64,000 bases of DNA. It comes from Candidatus Polarisedimenticolia bacterium. Its GTDB lineage: Bacteria; Acidobacteriota; Polarisedimenticolia; Gp22-AA2; AA152. Location: assembly GCA_036004685.1 (NCBI GenBank), contig DASYRE010000023.1, forward strand, positions 4,305 through 68,304, read 5' to 3'. This document shows positions 62,503 through 64,000 of the stretch, one piece after another. Below the pieces are notes generated by a model that saw nothing but the letters and a program-made list of their open reading frames with translations, was not told the origin of the DNA and did no database searches. Position 1 is the first letter of the stretch, and every line of letters begins with the position of its first letter. A program made the position numbers and the translations under genes.

Positions 62503-63657
62503 ATGAGCCCTTCGCTTCCATCACGCCGCCGCTTCGTCCGCACCGTCGGAGCCGCCCTGGGGGCGTGCGCCGTGCCGATCCGCATCGCCGCCAAGACTCC
62601 CGCGGCCTCGGCCGCGCGGCCGGGCGCCGCGACGCCGGCGAAGGCGGTCCGGATCGACTCCAACGAGAACCCCTATGGGCCGTCGCCGAAGGCCCTCGAG
62701 GCGATGACCCGCTCGCAGCAGGTCTCGGCGAGGTACCCCGACGCCCTGGAGGACGAGGTTTCCGAAGCGCTCGCCCGGCTCCATGGCGTGGGCGCCGAGA
62801 ACGTGGTGCTGGGCTGCGGCTCGGGGGAGCTCTTGAGGATGGCCGACATGGCCTTTCTCGGCGCCGGCCGGAACGTCGTCGTCGCCGAGCCGACCTTCGA
62901 GGCGGTGCTCGCGTTCGCCCGCGTGACCCGCGCCGACGCCGTCAAGATTGCCCTCACCGGGGATCACCGGCACGACCTGCCGAAGATGGCCGCGGCCTGC
63001 AGCGAGGCCACCGGTCTGATCTACCTGTGCAATCCGAACAATCCGACCGGCACCATCGTCACGCGGGACGAGATGGGCGCCTTCTTCGAGCGCGTCCCCC
63101 GGGGCGCCGTGATCCTGGTGGACGAGGCGTATCACCACTTCGTCGAGGACGAGCGCTACGCCTCCGCCTTCGAATGGATGGGGAAGCTGCCGAACCTGCT
63201 CGTCGTCCGGACCTTCTCCAAGATCCACGGCCTGGCGGGAATGCGTCTGGGATACGGCGTCGGCGCCCACGAGGTCGTCGAGGCGCTGCGCGCGCATCGT
63301 CTCTGGAGCAACGCCAACGCCGCCGTGCTGGAGGCGGCGCTCGCCACCTTGCAAGACGCCGGACACGCGTCGAAGTGCCGCCGCGAGATGAACGGGACGC
63401 GCCGCTGGCTGGTCTCCGAGATGGAGAAGGACCGGCGCGCCACGATCCCGTCGGAGGCGAATTTCGTGATGATCGACCTGGGCACCGACGTGGCGCCGGT
63501 GATTGCGGCCCTGAAAGAGCGCGGCGTGTTCGTCGGCCGCCGGTTCGCGGCGCTGCCGAACCACCTGCGCGTCTCGATCGGCACGCCGGAAGAGATGCGG
63601 CGCTTCGTCGCCGCGCTGCGCGCCGTGGCGCCCTCCGGCGCCATCCAGGCGGCTTGA
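62503..63657 (+). CDS. HisC-family class I/II PLP-dependent aminotransferase with twin-arginine (Tat) signal peptide
   Basis: ATG at 62503 with GGAGGG RBS. Tat motif SRRRFVRTVGAALGACAVP…A. Aminotransferase blocks IDSNENPYGPSP, LCNPNNPTG, PLP-Lys context FSKIHGLAGMRLGY. Confidence 0.8.
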   Translation: MSPSLPSRRRFVRTVGAALGACAVPIRIAAKTPAASAARPGAATPAKAVRIDSNENPYGPSPKALEAMTRSQQVSARYPDALEDEVSEALARLHGVGAENVVLGCGSGELLRMADMAFLGAGRNVVVAEPTFEAVLAFARVTRADAVKIALTGDHRHDLPKMAAACSEATGLIYLCNPNNPTGTIVTRDEMGAFFERVPRGAVILVDEAYHHFVEDERYASAFEWMGKLPNLLVVRTFSKIHGLAGMRLGYGVGAHEVVEALRAHRLWSNANAAVLEAALATLQDAGHASKCRREMNGTRRWLVSEMEKDRRATIPSEANFVMIDLGTDVAPVIAALKERGVFVGRRFAALPNHLRVSIGTPEEMRRFVAALRAVAPSGAIQAA

Positions 63658-63670
63658 AGGGCCGGGACGG

Positions 63671-64000
63671 ATGGCGGCGCGGCCCGGCGTGAAGCAACGG
63701 GCGGCAAGCCGCGCGCCGGCGCTGGATCGGAAGGCGGCGCTGCTGCGTCGCGGAGAGCGGCTGGAGGCGATCAGCGTCGCGTACAACGCGGTCGAAGGGA
63801 TGATCGTCGTCGGCGCCGGCCTCGGCGCCGGCTCGGCCGCGCTGCTGGGATTCGGCGGCGATTCCCTGATCGAGGTGACGAGCGCGGCGCTGCTGTGGTG
63901 GCGGCTGAGGTCGGCGCGCCGGGGAAGCACGGCGCGGCAAGAGGAGCAGACGGAGCATCGGGCGTCCCGGTGGGCGGGGGGGCTACTGATGCTGCTGGCC
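63671..64000 (+). CDS. Putative cation-efflux (CDF-like) membrane protein, N-terminal fragment running off window
   Basis: ATG 63671, no stop before window end. …ISVAYNAVEGMIVVGAGLGAGSAALLGFGGDSLIEV… loosely resembles TM1-TM2 of cation diffusion facilitators, but canonical HxxxD is replaced by DSLIE. Confidence 0.3.
   Translation, partial: MAARPGVKQRAASRAPALDRKAALLRRGERLEAISVAYNAVEGMIVVGAGLGAGSAALLGFGGDSLIEVTSAALLWWRLRSARRGSTARQEEQTEHRASRWAGGLLMLLA

Overview
Single-contig, high-GC (~68%) bacterial chromosomal window, densely coded on both strands. By gene content it is most likely from an Acidobacteriota-like organism: MacB/FtsX 'duplicated orphan permeases', many signal-peptide peptidases, a CarboxypepD_reg-type TonB-dependent receptor and SBBP/PD40 beta-propeller proteins. 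This is inference from family content, not a database hit.

Layout by region:
(i) 1-15 kb: a secreted-peptidase island (S9 prolyl oligopeptidase, M28 aminopeptidase, PD40 propeller, M16 active+inactive pair, SBBP repeat protein). It is flanked by two ADOP-type permeases and interrupted by tRNA-Leu(TAG) with its own promoter.
(ii) 15-17.5 kb: a small minus-strand module: lipoprotein, a degenerate-receiver/PilZ protein and a secreted hypothetical, separated by a long AT-richer leader full of GTCTCA palindromes.
(iii) 17.5-29.8 kb: conserved housekeeping block tig-clpP-clpX-lon, engB, rho, rpmE, DUF1385, prfA-prmC (GTGA overlap), moeA.
(iv) 29.8-33.5 kb: a low-GC orphan ORF and an alkaline-phosphatase-family/TPR fusion.
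(v) 33.9-45.6 kb: the most unusual locus. A GspE/PilB-type secretion ATPase carries a canonical C-terminal receiver domain. It is translationally coupled (ATGA/TGATG overlaps) to a CPC thioredoxin-fold membrane protein and three giant multi-domain sensor kinases (TM-PAS-HK-REC-REC-Hpt; PAS-GAF-HK-REC-HK; REC-GAF-GAF-HK-REC). No secretion platform, secretin or pilin genes are nearby.
(vi) 45.7-49 kb: HlyD/ABC/ABC-2 exporter.
(vii) 49-57 kb: TonB-dependent receptor with a duplicated, out-of-frame 3'-end fragment between its stop and terminator; a TPR protein; a processive GT2 (QxxRW); a GT87/DUF2029 membrane protein; a Cys-rich secreted protein.
(viii) 57.5-64 kb: YceI coupled to a class I (archaeal-type) LysRS; a low-GC inverted-repeat island; YihY; PepD; a Tat-signal HisC-like aminotransferase; a partial CDF-like gene.

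No CRISPR arrays, IS elements, integrases or rRNA were seen. Many long ORFs in the six-frame track (e.g. 18922..23883 minus) are antisense/alternate-frame artefacts of high GC and were rejected.
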